A stretch of DNA of 64,000 nt, taken from assembly GCF_009914755.1 (NCBI RefSeq), contig NC_060936.1. One strand, given 5' to 3'. This document shows, piece after piece, positions 46,239-64,000 of the stretch. This DNA is from the human T2T-CHM13v2.0 reference genome, Homo sapiens. Every line of letters starts with the position of its first letter. The stretch's first letter is position 1. The translations under genes and the position numbers were made by a program. The notes under the pieces were generated by a model that had not been told where the DNA came from, ran no database searches, and worked only from the letters and a program-made list of their open reading frames with translations.

Positions 46239-46323
46239 TTAATCACTAAAAGAAGATTCGCTATCTGAACTTTCTTCTACAGTTTTCTCACTTTCGCCAT
46301 CAGGCACTGGAGCATCTGGCCTC
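46239..46323 (-). CDS. WASHC3: WASHC3 terminal coding exon: (E)RPDAPVPDGESEKTVEESSDSESSFSD*
   Basis: Acceptor ttttcttttcttttag|GAGG; 85 nt to TAA at 46239-46241; in frame with exon 59106-59170. Confidence 0.97.
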
Positions 46324-47093
46324 CTAAAAGAAAAGAAAAAAAAATTTCAAAGGTCTTTTCCAATTGAAAAGAGCACTTACAAACTCTTAAATTTGGTTCA
46401 TCTTAGAATATTGCTGCTAATAAATCTGCCAAGTCCGTGTCCTCAGTCTCCTGCTCTACACCACAGCGTGCTTCTCTCGGGCTTCTTGGGCACCATGGGG
46501 ATTCAATGCTATGCCTGTAGAGGCCGCGACAGTATTTTCTCTTGCCAGTCCTTACATAGTGCGCTACTTCAGCACTTTCTGCTTCTCATTACCATGGAGA
46601 CCCAATTATAGACAGAGATGTGATCTGTAGAGGCTGGCATGACCAGTGCTAAGTCCCTGAAGCTTCCAAGTGTACATGAGGTACAGAGAAAGGAAAGCTA
46701 GAAATGAAAAGAAAAGGAAATGCTTCATGTTCAGGAAAGCTGCAGGGAGAAACTTAGAAATGGAAGAGAGTTCAAAAATGGCTAATAAAAAAATAGGTAA
46801 TGTGGAAATTTTGTAGCGAAGGAGAGTGCCTGGTCGAAGAAGGTTCTTAATGTTTGTTAAACGTTTTCACTTACATGTTTTATCTTTACAGAATGAAAAT
46901 AGAAAGTATGAGTTGGCAAAAATACTGTTTCAAAGATCCCCTAGGCATTATAAGGAGACATGAGAATGGTTAGATTCCAACTTTGCATGGATGTGCTCTA
47001 ATAAACCAAAATGAAATTTTAATGATGTTATTAAAACAGTCAACTAGTTAAGCCTCAATAGTTTTGTGCCAGTAAGTCATTTAATCAGTGTAG

Positions 47094-47499
<406 letters not shown>

Positions 47500-48151
47500 T
47501 ATAACTGCTGTATCTTAATAATTACAAACTACCAGACTGATTTCTCCCTCAGGCTTGACTCTTATTAAACATTTAGGACACTTAAAAATAAAACTCATAT
47601 TCACCACAAACAGAAATTACTATTACTAAAATAAGAAAATGCACAGTCTAACAGTTACTTTAGGTATTAAAATTATGGCTTATATTTTTAAATATATTTG
47701 GCATACTACAAAAGAGAAAATAATGCTGGCATTGCTCCCTAGTTGTCAAATATAAACCCATTTGCTCTGCTGAACAATTTTAGATTATATCTACAAGGAA
47801 GCATTATGTAGTCAATACAGTGAAACTTTAAAGCTGGGTACAGCAGTTCCAGGATTTGACTGATGCTCCATCTGCCTAAAATACTAACATGGGACCATCA
47901 TCTTCCTCCCTTTTCATTAGAAGCAACAACTCTAGAATTAGTGGGTATGAATACTAGGCACATTTTACCCAGTAAATTTCTCTTTGCTATATATTTGATT
48001 TCTTACTGTCTATACTTTGTTAAGTAGGAAAACATTACCAGTGGGAATTATTTTAATACCACATCAAAATTGTATTAGTACCTATGACAACTCAAACAAA
48101 TACAACAATGTACATAACTTCCTAAAATAAATGCTACTTTAGAAAAGGGTA

Positions 48152-48431
48152 GGCCAGGGATGTCGATTCATGCCTGTAATCCCAGCACTTTGGGAGGCCG
48201 AAGAGGGCGTTTTGCTTGAGCCCAGCAGTTCAAGACCAGCCTGGGCAACAGGGCAAAACACCATCCTTTGCAAAAAAATAGAGAAATTAGCCAGTAGTGG
48301 CCTACTGTGCCAGCTACTTTGGAGGCTGAGGTGTATCACTTGAGCCTGGGGGCAGAGGCTGCAGTAAGCTGTGACCATGCCTGGGCACTCCAATCTGGGC
48401 AACAGAGTGAAACCCTGTCTCAAAAAAAAAA
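48152..48431 (+). mobile_element. Alu (J-like)
   Basis: Diverged dimer; TSD gaaaagggta. Confidence 0.88.
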
Positions 48432-48900
48432 GGAAAAGGGTAAAAGCAGCTTAGGACCAGAAGAAACTGAAACTATAAAATTCATTAATTTATGTGTGTA
48501 ACCATTTATTGATACATGTGATGCTATATTACATAGTAACTAAGAATATAGGCTCTGGGTACAGACTGTGCTAAAATCCCATCCTTGTTTCTTACTTGTT
48601 GGCCAACTTTGGGGAAGCTATTTAACTACTTTGTGTCTGACTGATTGATTGGATTTTGTGATGATTAAATTAATTAATAAATGTAAAGTGTGTTCGATAA
48701 TATCTGGCACATAGTATCAGATAAATATTATCTGCTGTTATTATGATGATTTATTTTCATCATCATGCATCTACTATTTGCTAGAAAATGTGTTAGGTAC
48801 TGGAGATACAGAGATGAATAACAAGTAGTTCCTTCCCTGAAGCAGCTAAAATTTTTGTGAGGGAGACAGAAATGCAAACAAATTGTTACAGAATGTGAGA

Positions 48901-50480
<1,580 letters not shown>

Positions 50481-50769
50481 TATATATACAAATAAGGCTG
50501 AACTGTTTGTGTGAAAAGAAAAAATAGTCTGCTGAAGTCGGTCAGAGAAGACTCCAAATAGTTGGAAACACTTGCGAAGAGTTTTGTGATTCGAGTAAGA
50601 CTTTGCCAGAAACAGAGAAGGCGGAAATAAAAGAGAATGACAGCATTCTGGGTAAAGAATAAAATGGGATGGTGTAGCAGGCTGCATTCAGAAACTGTAA
50701 GTCATTTGTTAGTTAGAGTGTAAAGTACACTGGGGTGCAACAGTAGATGAGATTAGAACATCTAGCAGG

Positions 50770-52228
<1,459 letters not shown>

Positions 52229-53029
52229 CCCCTCATTCATGTTCAAAAAATTGGAATTGCCAGGAGAACAAAAGAAAAAGTGCATACTAGTTCTCTTTGG
52301 GTACAAAAAAGAAAAGCAAGCCACAAGAATCAAATGAGGTAATTTATAGGAAAGCATTTTATAAGTTGTAAAGCCTTATAAATATTACTAGTAATAATAA
52401 AACTCACAGCAATACCATCATTTCCAGGCGGGATATTCATATTTTCAAGGGGAACAGAAATTTGGCTCTGCATATTATGATCATAAATGTTCTTACTTCA
52501 CCCTACAAGTTGTTTTTCATGGAAAGAAATTTTAAGACATATTTGAAAAAGTTGCTACCTTAAACTACTAAAGTTTAGCTTCTCCCAATTCAAAGAAAAC
52601 ACACTTTACTACTAAAATTTGGAAATTAGGACTTTATAATAGTCTCTTGTTATTTTAAATACATAAGTGAATTTCCAAAAAAGATTACATCAACAAAATA
52701 CAGAAAAATATACATCATGAATATCATGTATATTTTTTAAAAATTTCAATCTTTGGTGGTTACAATAAAAACACTAGCTTGGTGGCTACATTTTAATAAG
52801 CATATTTATATTTGTGACACCAAAATTATCAGTAAAATTCTTAACAAAAGCAAATTTTTAAAAAGTTTAAGTTTAAGCTAATTACTAAGTCTAAACTATC
52901 TTAAAAATATATATCTTTTCAAAGAAGTTACTAGGTTGACCTCAACTAAAAATGAGCCAAAATATACAAAGGCGCAGCAGGAAGGACGAAGTATATACAA
53001 ATCTGCCCTTTTTAGCATACCAGATGCTG

Positions 53030-53585
53030 TGCACATTCTAATTTTGACACCCGTTCTTCTCCCATTGATGTGAATCAATGAAGGTTGTCAACTAGAATCC
53101 TTGCTGTCCTCATCTTTTCCCTATCCACTTCCTTGTTTCAGTCACACAGTCTAGGCCTGGCCAATCACAGGAATCTATTCCCTTGGAGAGAGAGAGAGAT
53201 GGATTCGAGGAAAGGCACACAATTCAAGCAGGGCTAGTCAGAATGTTTCCTTTTAAATGAACTATGGGTTATGGAGAAGAGGGAACTCTCTCTCTGTTCA
53301 ACTGGAAAAACAGCAATATTAAAGCCTTGCTGGGGAGCTATGTTCCCAGGCTTCAGAGAGGAAACCCATTAGCACTAGGAGAGACACGGTTTATTACACC
53401 AAGGAAGTAAAGGTAGAATGAGGTGGGGAGAGGAGAATGCCAGTCAGCCAGCCCTGATGACACTGAGTCCCTAGATCCTGTCCTTACCTAGATTTTTCAG
53501 CTATGAGAGTCCATAACTTCCCTTCTTATATAAGCTAGTTTGAGTTGGTTTCTGCCATCCTAAATATGAAGAGAGTCCTAAAATA
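53030..53585 (+). mobile_element. Old MLT1-type LTR
   Basis: taagctagtttgagttggtttctg...gagagtcctaaaata end; ggcctggccaatcac. Confidence 0.6.
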
Positions 53586-53932
53586 CCATTATTGTTGGTT
53601 TAATTTGTTTTCATTAGAGGAAGATTTATATTTGTGTTTAAAACTAGCTACTTTAAGGACAGAAAAACCAAACATTCTTTGGAAAAACATGTATGATAAA
53701 GAGTTTAAAAACATTTTTCATTTTCTAGACACTTAAAGACACTGAATTTAAAGCAGATTAAGTAGCAAAAACATTGTCAGTAAAAATATTGCTGAATAGG
53801 AGATGATGAGGTAGTTATTATTCAAATCACTGATGGAAACTACACACACATAAAGTTATAAAGTCACATGGTACTGTTGTCAATTAATGGTCTGTCAGAG
53901 CTATGCGATGGCAATAGGTGGTCTTAAGAGAG

Positions 53933-54263
<331 letters not shown>

Positions 54264-57200
54264 CTAAGATTCTTGAACTGAGATTGTATTGACTTAATAA
54301 GAACCTCTGGGTAATTAAAAATGTAACAATTTTGATTTTGAATTATAGCAGCTAGTGAGATCAATTTGGTCTTTTCTCTTTTGAATTCTCATCAAGACAG
54401 GTATATTCTGTTCTTTGTCTTAGTAGGTAGACTCCTGCAACCAGGAAAACAATTTAATGCCTAATATCATGAAGAAAAAGAAAAGCAGCTGTTCTAGGTA
54501 GGATGGACTTTTGCTCTTGATCTTGGGATCCTTTATTTCCCAGCAGCAACTCTGTCACTTGCTTGCTAGCCACTCACAGACCACAACTGCTTTTTAACAT
54601 CTCCTCTTTGATATATCTATTATCTCTCTCATTCTTATGATCAAGTTCTCTAAAAGCAGACCAATTACAATTTTTTGATATGGTTTTTATTTGTCCTATA
54701 CTTTCTAGCTAGTGTCTGCCAGCTAATGAATGAGGACTGGTAATTACATTAAATGGAGAACCTAGCTCAGCAAAAACTAACAAAACGGAAACAGTAAAAA
54801 CCCTATTTTTGGATGTCCAGTTGTGCAACTGAGATCTAATCTATCCTCAACCGGCCAAAACTCAACCTTTAATCCACTATGTTGTTGTATAGCAGGAGGT
54901 AAAGATCCTCCTGGCAGATAAGGAATGATCTTAGAGGGCAGGAAAATCTGCTGGGCATGCCATGTAAAAAAAGTTTTATTGCTTTCCAGTATCCTTTTGT
55001 TTAACAATAATAAATCCCCTCTTGTCTCAGTGATAAGTAGGCTAAGGTGGCTACTTTTATTTCTGGCAACTATAAGAGTGGTCATTCCACCATCTGGGAG
55101 GATGGTATAAATGTCTTTTGGATAGATATATCCAGGAGAAATGCCAACTGAGCTGGTTCTGTTCAAAGTCTGCAGAGTAACTTGAACTCAATTATATGCT
55201 TTCTTTAGCCAAATCAATAAGCTGCACACTGCACCCTCCCACTAAGGTTAGGAGTATGTTCAATTGAATTTCAATTTCAGAAATCTGTTCTTTACAGGAA
55301 AGTTAACAATATAGGTTCTCAGTTTGAGAAAACAATATAATTTAAAAAGATAACTACTCTGTATATGTTAAATATGTCTTTGTTGAGAACATAATAGTAT
55401 ATAGGCAACTACAGGATTATAAACAAGTTATGATCCAAAAGCCTGATAAATCCATTGCCTAGAATTTGCTACATATTCCTCCATTAAAACATTCATAAAT
55501 CACAACTAATATTTATTAAACATTTACTGCTTATCCAGAGCTGTGCTGAGTGCTTACAACATTGTTTATCTTAGTCTGAACAACTCTGTAAGGGAGTGAA
55601 CTCTTCTATTTCCCATTTTACTGATGAGAAAACTGATGCACAGAGAGGTTAGGTAATCAAACCAGGGTTACACAACTAGAAAGTGGCAAGTAATACAAGT
55701 AGGTAGACCATCTGAATACAAGTAAGTAGACCATCTCTAAAGCCGGCCTTATCCTGAGCCTTAACTATCATGAATTTCATGGCTTGCTGATGGGCAAGTC
55801 CAGAAGCTAGTCTGTTTATCCTAGAATTGTAAAAGTAGCAATTACTAGGTAACAACAGTAATGTTAGTTCAGGGACATAAATGTAAGTGTACAGACCAGG
55901 ATGGGGTGAAACTTTTTTCTTTTTTTCTAAGCAAGAAAACCTAGGCAATGATTGAAAGAATATTTAAGGCGCGATATACCCATTCTATATTTCTGAATGT
56001 ATTAACCTTTGGCCAAAGACCAATTAAAATTTTCCATTTTCCCCTTAACTCTTTTGAGTATTTTGGTGACAAATATTCTTTCACATATCTTTTTATCTCG
56101 GTGGTACTGAAATTAATTTTTAGAAGCTAAACAGGACTAATTCTTGGTTATATATAAATGATTATTTTCAAAAACTTGAATTTTTAAAAACAAACAATCA
56201 CTTAGAAGAATCAAATCCAATATTTATTTAGTAATTATCAGGCATTTTCTACAGTTTTATAGAATTCCTAAAATTCTGTAATAGTCATTTTTCTAGGAAA
56301 ATTGCCAGGATCTCTTCTCCCTTATCATGTAAATATTTTTGATTTAAAATTATGTACTCTCAGCTTCCAATTTTATACACATAAGCCAATCAACTATAAA
56401 TATTTTTCTGATCAGTATTTATTTCTATATTAACCTCAGTTTTGCCCTTTGCTCAGTGCAGATAGAGGTAGGCCATTTCTTCCAACAGTTATATGAGTTT
56501 GTCTTACTACCTAAAGCTAATAAAAAATAAAGTGTATGTTTATACTTTAAAAGAAAAAAGAACACAGAACAATCTTTACTGAAAGTTCTTGGCTGAGGCT
56601 TAAAATGTACCTAAGATTCTAAATAAAAGTGTACTCTTCCCTTGGATGGCACATTTTCTTCTCTTTCATCATCTCATACTTTTCTCCTGAAGTGAGGCTC
56701 CGTAACTTTTATGTAAACATGATTCCAAAAGCATCATAATTCCTCTGTTAACACGGTAGTTGACTGCACTTATCACATCTAGCTAAATGCAGTTGAAACT
56801 GGGTTGCTAGTAGTGGTGATAGGTTACATTGAGTCACCCCCACTCCAACCAGTGCCCCTGGTGACCAATGGCATGTGCATATGAGGTAATGGGGCAGAAT
56901 TCAGGCTCTAGGCTGTGGTTGAGGAGCAGCTTTTCTGTAAGACAATGTTAATTGTTACTGGAATTCTACCCTTAAACTTGGCACTACCTCACAACTGAAT
57001 GTTTCTCAACATTCATAGACAACGAAATACCCTCAAACTGGCCAAGTGAGACACAAGGAAATGTTGAAGGGCCTGGGATCTTCCTCCGTGGTAGTTACCT
57101 ATGGACTCTATCAGGTGGTGATACCTGATGGAGTCTTAAAGAATAATAGGTTAGCCAGGCCAGTAAGATGAGGGAAGGGAGTTCCACAGAGAGAAAGGAA

Positions 57201-59105
57201 AACATTTAACGACACCAAAAGGGAATAGGAAAATGTTACATTCAGGGAACTGCAAGTAGTTTGCTATGGCTATATGAAATAGGCATATGTGAAAGAATCA
57301 CAAGAGAGGAAGCTAGTGAGAGAATCTGAATCTTGATGATAAAACCATTTCTATGCAATACTAAGATGTTAGACTACACGTTGAAGGCAGTGGAGAGTCA
57401 CAGGAAGATGTGAAGCAAGAATGAAGTATGAAGAGATCCACTCAGGCTTTAGTGGATGGCTTGAAAGAGAACAGGAAAACCAATCAGTAGCTACTATAGT
57501 AATTCAGATTACAAACGATGAGGGCGTGAACTAAACGGCAATGGATATGGAGGCATATGGTGAGATGTGAGAGATATTAAAAATGAGAACATCATAGTGA
57601 TTGACACTGTAGTGGGTAAGGAAGAAGACAGAATCAAGGATGATTATCAAGTTGCTAGTGCAGGTAGCTGGCTGAAGTAAAGGATTATGAAGTAGGTTTA
57701 GGCTGGACAGGGGATGAAATGAAGCCAGTAGCAGGTAAAAGGCTTGGATATCCAGCATATGCTGATGCTTATAGGGTGCTAGTTTTCCATTTATTATATT
57801 TTCTCTAGAAAAAGATAATCATTTTAAAGGTAATTTTAGCTCTCTGTTATTATAGGAGGTCTAACTGTGTATTTCCAGAAGCAAAAGGAGGTCACAGTTA
57901 ATGTTAAATATATTTACAACCTATATATTGCAATGAATACCAAAATGGATTGAACCTATATGTCTGATTCACATTAAAATACATATCACAAGCCGTCTGG
58001 CTTTTAAAGTCTGTGTCAGGAACAATTTCCACAACAAATGCCAAATATCTCGGAGATGCTTCAGTTCAAGCTGCCAAGCTATGCCATTGTACTTGAACTG
58101 TTTGCTACTTGGATGTATGCCAAATGTAGATATATGTTTGAAATTTGTTCTTGTAGACTTTAAAAGAATTCATAAATTTCATATTTTGGCAGATAAAATA
58201 TGAGAAAAAGACTACTTCATAATGTTTTACCTCCAAAGTGTACACATTTTCTTGGAGGACTGAGAGCCAAGAAAAATTCCAAAGTATACTGCTAGTACAG
58301 TAATGAATGCTTAGAGTGCACAGCTAAATACATTGGGGTGAACTACAGCCCCAAATTGGAAAGATTCTTTACAAGTACCTAGATACTTGCAAAACAGAAT
58401 TCTTCTGAAGAATGCATTACGATATATTTTATCCAAGATGAACTATACAGCCAGATTTGCTTGGATGAAATAAACTGTTGTCAAATTTCTGAGCCACAAT
58501 TTTTTTTTATCATTTCTCAAAAATATTTTATAAAATTCACACAATAAGGGATTAAATACTTTAAGGTTAAAAAAAACTCACATAAATTAGTATCTAGTTT
58601 CTTAATAACCATTAACATAGACCCAGAACAGCTTTAGCCTATTTATTTCTCAATCTGGCTTAACCTAGATTATAGCAGACTAAATTTCCTACAAACTAAG
58701 ATCTTACATGAAATCATCTACCCCCTGGTACATAATAATCACCCCCCCACCAAAAAAGCACAAACCAACAAATAAACAAAAAAACAATCAAGCCAAGAAA
58801 GAGGTAGCACAAAAAGGAAAAAAAAAAAAAAAGCAAAAAAAATTGTCATTAAATTCCAGCTCCTTTGGATATCTAGAATAATTACTAATCTATTGAAACT
58901 GTTCCTAAAATGTGTAAAGGCTGGTCTTAGTAGAATATGATATTTTTCTGTTTGGTAACATAACAGACACACTATTTACAAAGATGATATCCTCAACCAT
59001 AAAACACTGTAGGAATAAAAATACAGAGAATTTGAAATATTTTTATTATAACTGACAAATTCAATGTCCTGGCAATAATATCATTATATTAGAAGAATTA
59101 CTTAC

Positions 59106-59170
59106 TCAAGAAGATCTGGGTCTAGTCCTTCTGATATCATTTTGTTTCTTATTGCCATCACTGGTACACC
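59106..59170 (-). CDS. WASHC3: WASHC3 (CCDC53) penultimate coding exon, 65 nt: GVPVMAIRNKMISEGLDPDLL(E)
   Basis: Reverse strand reads ctttgcttag|GGTGTACCAGTG...CTTCTTGA|gtaagt. The peptide matches the recalled WASHC3 C-terminus, and its phase-2 end joins the terminal exon. Confidence 0.97.
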
Positions 59171-60169
59171 CTAAGCAAAGGATATAAGATAATTTCATCA
59201 TTAAAAATGTCTCCTTTATATGTCGACACATACCATCTAAAACAAGACCTTCAGATGCCTCATTATTTAAAAGTTCTTATTCTACTTTAAAATTAGCATG
59301 TGCCTAGCACTAGAATAATCTAGTAAAGTACCCATTTTACATTGACCTAACAGAATTAGTCTTATCCAATACCACATAAGCCCAAATTACATCATTTGAG
59401 CTTATTCATTACTAATTCTGCTGTATACAGAACAGAGATCATATTCTCACTCTTCTTATATCACCAAAAGAAAGAAAACATTACTCAAATGACTAAAATA
59501 CCAGTGGAAGCCATACAATGAATAGTTAACAATATGAATAGGTATCTTTTCAAAGATTTCAGAGAGTTCCATTCTTAAGTATAGCTATATTAATGTTCTT
59601 TTAATAAGCAAAGAGTCCAATTCCATTTGAACACTTTAGACACAAAAATCAAATCTAATTCAAGAACCTCCCTGGGACTATATTACACATCTTCCCAACA
59701 CTGGTACAAACACTAATGACAATTTTAGAAGTGTATACGTTGCAAAAATAGTAAAAACACGTGAATCTCAGAGTTCAGGTTAAGAATATGAAAACACTAA
59801 GAAAAGAATATGACAGAAATAAAGACACATTTACTTGAAAAGGAAAGAGACTTGATGTATAACTAAACATTTATTCCAAGTTCACTTGGTGAAGCTCTAA
59901 GGGGAGAAGATGTAATCAAATCTCTGTCAACTCCCCTCTCTTCACACCATCCCCAAGGATAAGAAACACTAAACTGATGTGTTCAATTTGAGGGCCTTGA
60001 TTCTATCTCCTTAAAGGAGGCAGGGTCATGGCATGGGACCCTCCCTCTCACCCCGTGTGGCATAAGAAGGAAAGTACACCCAGATACACTCAGGAAAAAG
60101 CCCAATCACCTCTCTATTGCTGTTGCACACACTTCTTTTATCATTAGCCAGTTGTGATGTTCATTTTTT

Positions 60170-60355
60170 AACTTTTATTTTTAATTGACAAATAATAATT
60201 GCACATGTTTATGTGTATAATGTGCTGTTTTGAAACATGTACACATTGAGGAATAATCAAATTAGGCTATTTAGCATATCTGTCACCTCAATTATTTATT
60301 ATTTGCGGTAAGAACTTTTAAAATTCTCTCCCATAGCTATTTTGAAATATACATC
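60170..60355 (-). mobile_element. L1M 3'-end fragment
   Basis: ttaattgacaaataataattgcacatgtttat...ttttgaaatataca. Confidence 0.7.
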
Positions 60356-61877
60356 TTGAAGATGGGATAAGAGTTTGTCTAAAATGAAAAGTACAAATAC
60401 TTAGAAATATACACAAATCTTTATATAACCTATCATATGTACACTTGTCTCAAACTTTTAAGTATATGCTTGTCCAGATATACTCCTCCCCCTCCAAAAT
60501 GCTGATTTTGTATTTCCCAGTAAAATCTGAGTTTAAGTCCAGGCATGCATATGTACAAACGTGACAGCTAAATTTATTACAAATTTAATATGAAAAGTCT
60601 TCAAAGTTAAGGACACTATATATAACAGAGTATCTTGCATCTCGCAGATCTTGCCAAATTAAGTTAAATCATTAAATTTAATCCTCATTTTTTTAATAAG
60701 AAAATTTTATGTAAAAAAATTTAATTTTTATTTACTTCAAAAAAACTGTCCAGAAAAGATAGCTATGGAAAGAGTCATAATCACTTATTTTGGCTATGGC
60801 GGAGAAAATACCCACATCCCCTTTCACAGCCTGCTAGGTTAAATAAGGTTAGGAATGCAAAGGCTTTCTTTTGAGTTTACAGGTTACTTAGAAGACTCTC
60901 ATGAGAGGTAGCAAAGGCAATGTGGTCATTTGCAGGCCCATTTATATACTTATCTTGGTAACTGTTGTTTTGTCTTATAAATTAGTAAAATTTAGCTTAT
61001 TAAGACTCAGGTAAAAATGAATACTTAAATGCATTCTAAATAATACATGAATCAATATAAATAGTACCATCTTTGAATTCTCTTCAAAACCATACCTCTG
61101 AAAGCAATATTGTTCCATGAGGCAATTTTAAAGATATTCTGAAAAGTGCATTATAATAGGTTTGGAAGTCAAAGAAGGTAGAAGATAAGTTTAATGACCA
61201 AAAAGAGAAAAACAGAAAAAAGCCCACTTGCTAGGGGCATCCGATGTGAACAGATTCAAGTTTGGAATAAAGAAAGCAAGAAATTAAAACTAACACCACT
61301 TTTGAAATATATATCTAAAACTAAGACTTGAATGAAATATATTTAAAAGCAAAACATACTTAATAACAAAATTAATTTTAATAATAGAGGAGAAAGCTGA
61401 TTACTTGAATGACACAGCTGGGAATTTAACTTGATAATTAAATCTCATTCAATTATTTAGGATAACAGGGGGTAAGTTAGGAGTTTGAAACATTCCACAA
61501 AAAAATATGAGTGCCAGGAAAAAAGAGAAGAAGAGCAGAGTTAATGTCATAGTTCTTTAAAAAGACCTCTTGGCTTCTACTAACTATGGTTTGATGGTAT
61601 AAGGTCTTTCTATAAACTCAAGCATGTGATTTATTTATTATACTTTAGCATAATCCACAGGACGTCATTGGAAAGGTTACACAAATAAGTTACAAAGCCA
61701 AGAAAAGAGAAGCAAGGAGAATGAGGTTGAAAAAAAAATTTCCTAAAATATAGCAAAGAAAGTGTATGTTGGGTGGAGGTGAGGGGAAGCAATGCGTGGG
61801 AAGGGAGGAATGGGGAACAAGGAAGTTGGTAGAATTAGATAAGCCCTCTATTTGAACATCAGCTTCATGGAATTGAT

Positions 61878-61988
61878 TATAAGAATAATAAGAATTATAA
61901 GAATAATAAGAATTATATAATAAGAATAATAAGAATTATATCACAATAAGAATTATAAGAATAATAAGAATAAGTATAAGAATAATAG
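61878..61988. repeat. Tandem repeat, unit about 18 bp (AAGAATTATAAGAATAAT)
   Basis: Direct observation. Confidence 0.9.
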
Positions 61989-63145
61989 AAACCTAAACCT
62001 GTAAGCTCCAAATTTGAACCTTAGTTTCTGGGGCCTGCTTACAGCAGAACAGCACAGATACACATACAATTTGGCATTTTTAGTCATTTCTGTATATGCA
62101 TATGGGTAAAGAAAAATATATACAATTGCTAATATCTTAACTGATTCTGAGACTTACTATCACTACCTTAATACGAATCTCATAAAGCTTGATAAAAAAG
62201 AATAATTTGGCCTGTGTTCCAAAGAATGCATTCCAAAGGGATTTGCTGTTGTTTCCAGTGATGTTGCTTAGAAAATTCGTTGTTTTGCTATATTCTTCCT
62301 TAGAAGTCAAGTAACAGAGTCTGGTTTGTTAAACACCAAAAAGAAGTGTCCAATTTCTGATCGCCAACAGACAAAGCTACTGGTGGTCTAAGAAGGACAA
62401 GAAAGACCTCAAAACTGAAGTCTACTGAACTGTGGGATTTTTTTTGGCAAGTGAAAATGACAGTGTGTCCAACATAAGTAATGAAGAAGACAGAAGGCAG
62501 CCATAAGTCTGATGTTCCAAAAAATCACGTCTGTATTTGCGTCACTGGAGAAAGTGTGTAAAGAAGCCACACTAATGAAATTATGATGGCAGCACTAATA
62601 GTTAAATACTAGTTTCTTATATCACAAAAAACTGTTTGGAGGTTTATAGTCCTGCCAATATTTACATTTATTTCTTATTGTGTTAAAGAAAGTCAAACTA
62701 CAAAATCCTTTTATAAACCATGTTGAAATTTTCCTAAAGTTTTAGATTAGAAGGGGGAAAAACAACTTCATTGTCAATTTAAGAGAGATAAATGACTTTC
62801 CTTGTTTAAAAATAACTAAAAATGCTCCTTATATTTTAGAGTTTTTCCTCTTAATTTAAGAGTGTGAATTGTAACAATTCAATTATGAAAGATGAAAAAC
62901 ATGAAGTTTTCTTCCCTACCTAAGGCAACAATAAAAAATAGATCTATTGAATACGTTGGTGGAAAAAACTTTTTCTTTGCAGAGCACGGGAACTAGTAGA
63001 ATTTGAAAAAACGCTACGGGTTGTTAAAAGGCAGCTAGTCCCCCAATCAGGCTCCTTTTACTTAAAATTTAACTTAATAAAATGGACTCAATCATATCTT
63101 TGCCTTCTGAATTTCAACAGTCCTATTTAAAAAATACTTTACTGA

Positions 63146-63444
<299 letters not shown>

Positions 63445-64000
63445 ATTATTGTATTTTATGAAATAAATTAGTAGGATGTACATTTAGGATGAAATTTTCA
63501 GATTAAATATTATATATAATGGGTTATTGTTCACTGAACAAATCATAACACAAAAGAAAACAAATGCTCAATGACCTTTTCTCCTCGAAGCTTTCAGTGA
63601 AGAAATATCAATTAATTTAAATAAATTTTTTAATCACTGTAAAATGAATACGGCTACCTAAAAAAAATGGAAACTTTATTTCTAATGACCTATACAGATC
63701 TAGAAAATATTTGGTAAACAACTAGTTCCTGGAAACAAATTATTCAAAAATGAACATTTTCACAGCAATTAAATGTCACTAAGGATGGCTATAATAAAAA
63801 ATGTGATATTAGTATTAAAATATTCTCAGCTATATGATTATGACAACAGTGGTATCAGTGAAGAATAAATAGATGAGAATTGAGGGAGGCATATATAGTA
63901 TTACCAAGTAGGTACTGACATGACAACCATATAACTATTTAGTATCTGCCCACTACATGGCCAGTACTTCCTTCACTCTTCTAGCTTTATCACACACCAG

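Noticed and set aside
55685-55737. Direct duplication of about 23 bp (similar cases at 19980-20040 and 38185-38250) as a CRISPR-like array
   Set aside because: Adjacent tandem copies without unique spacers in a mammalian genome; ordinary slippage duplications.
56850-56870. CTCF-like motif tggtcaccaggggcactg
   Set aside because: One base short in the G-rich core; cannot be supported from sequence alone.

Overview
Primate (human-like) repeat-rich genomic DNA with no prokaryotic features. The right-hand part holds the last two coding exons and 3' UTR of WASHC3 (CCDC53) on the - strand. From recall this is 12q23.2, with DRAM1 upstream on +; that is not verifiable here. The rest is dense with Alus, old L1s, L2/MIR, MaLR/ERV1 LTRs, DNA transposon relics and a decayed two-LTR ERVL (HERV16-like) provirus. 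Main result: the unique DNA between the repeats from about 0.5 to 37.4 kb contains about 16 exon-like blocks on the + strand. They have AG/GT boundaries, mostly matching intron phases and protein-like frames broken by scattered stops, frameshifts and retroelement insertions. Together they give roughly 1,200-1,300 codons of a protein I cannot name. I infer a large, ancient, intron-containing (probably unitary) pseudogene that starts upstream of the window and converges on WASHC3. Whether it is already annotated needs a database check. Repeat subfamily calls and boundaries are by eye and approximate.
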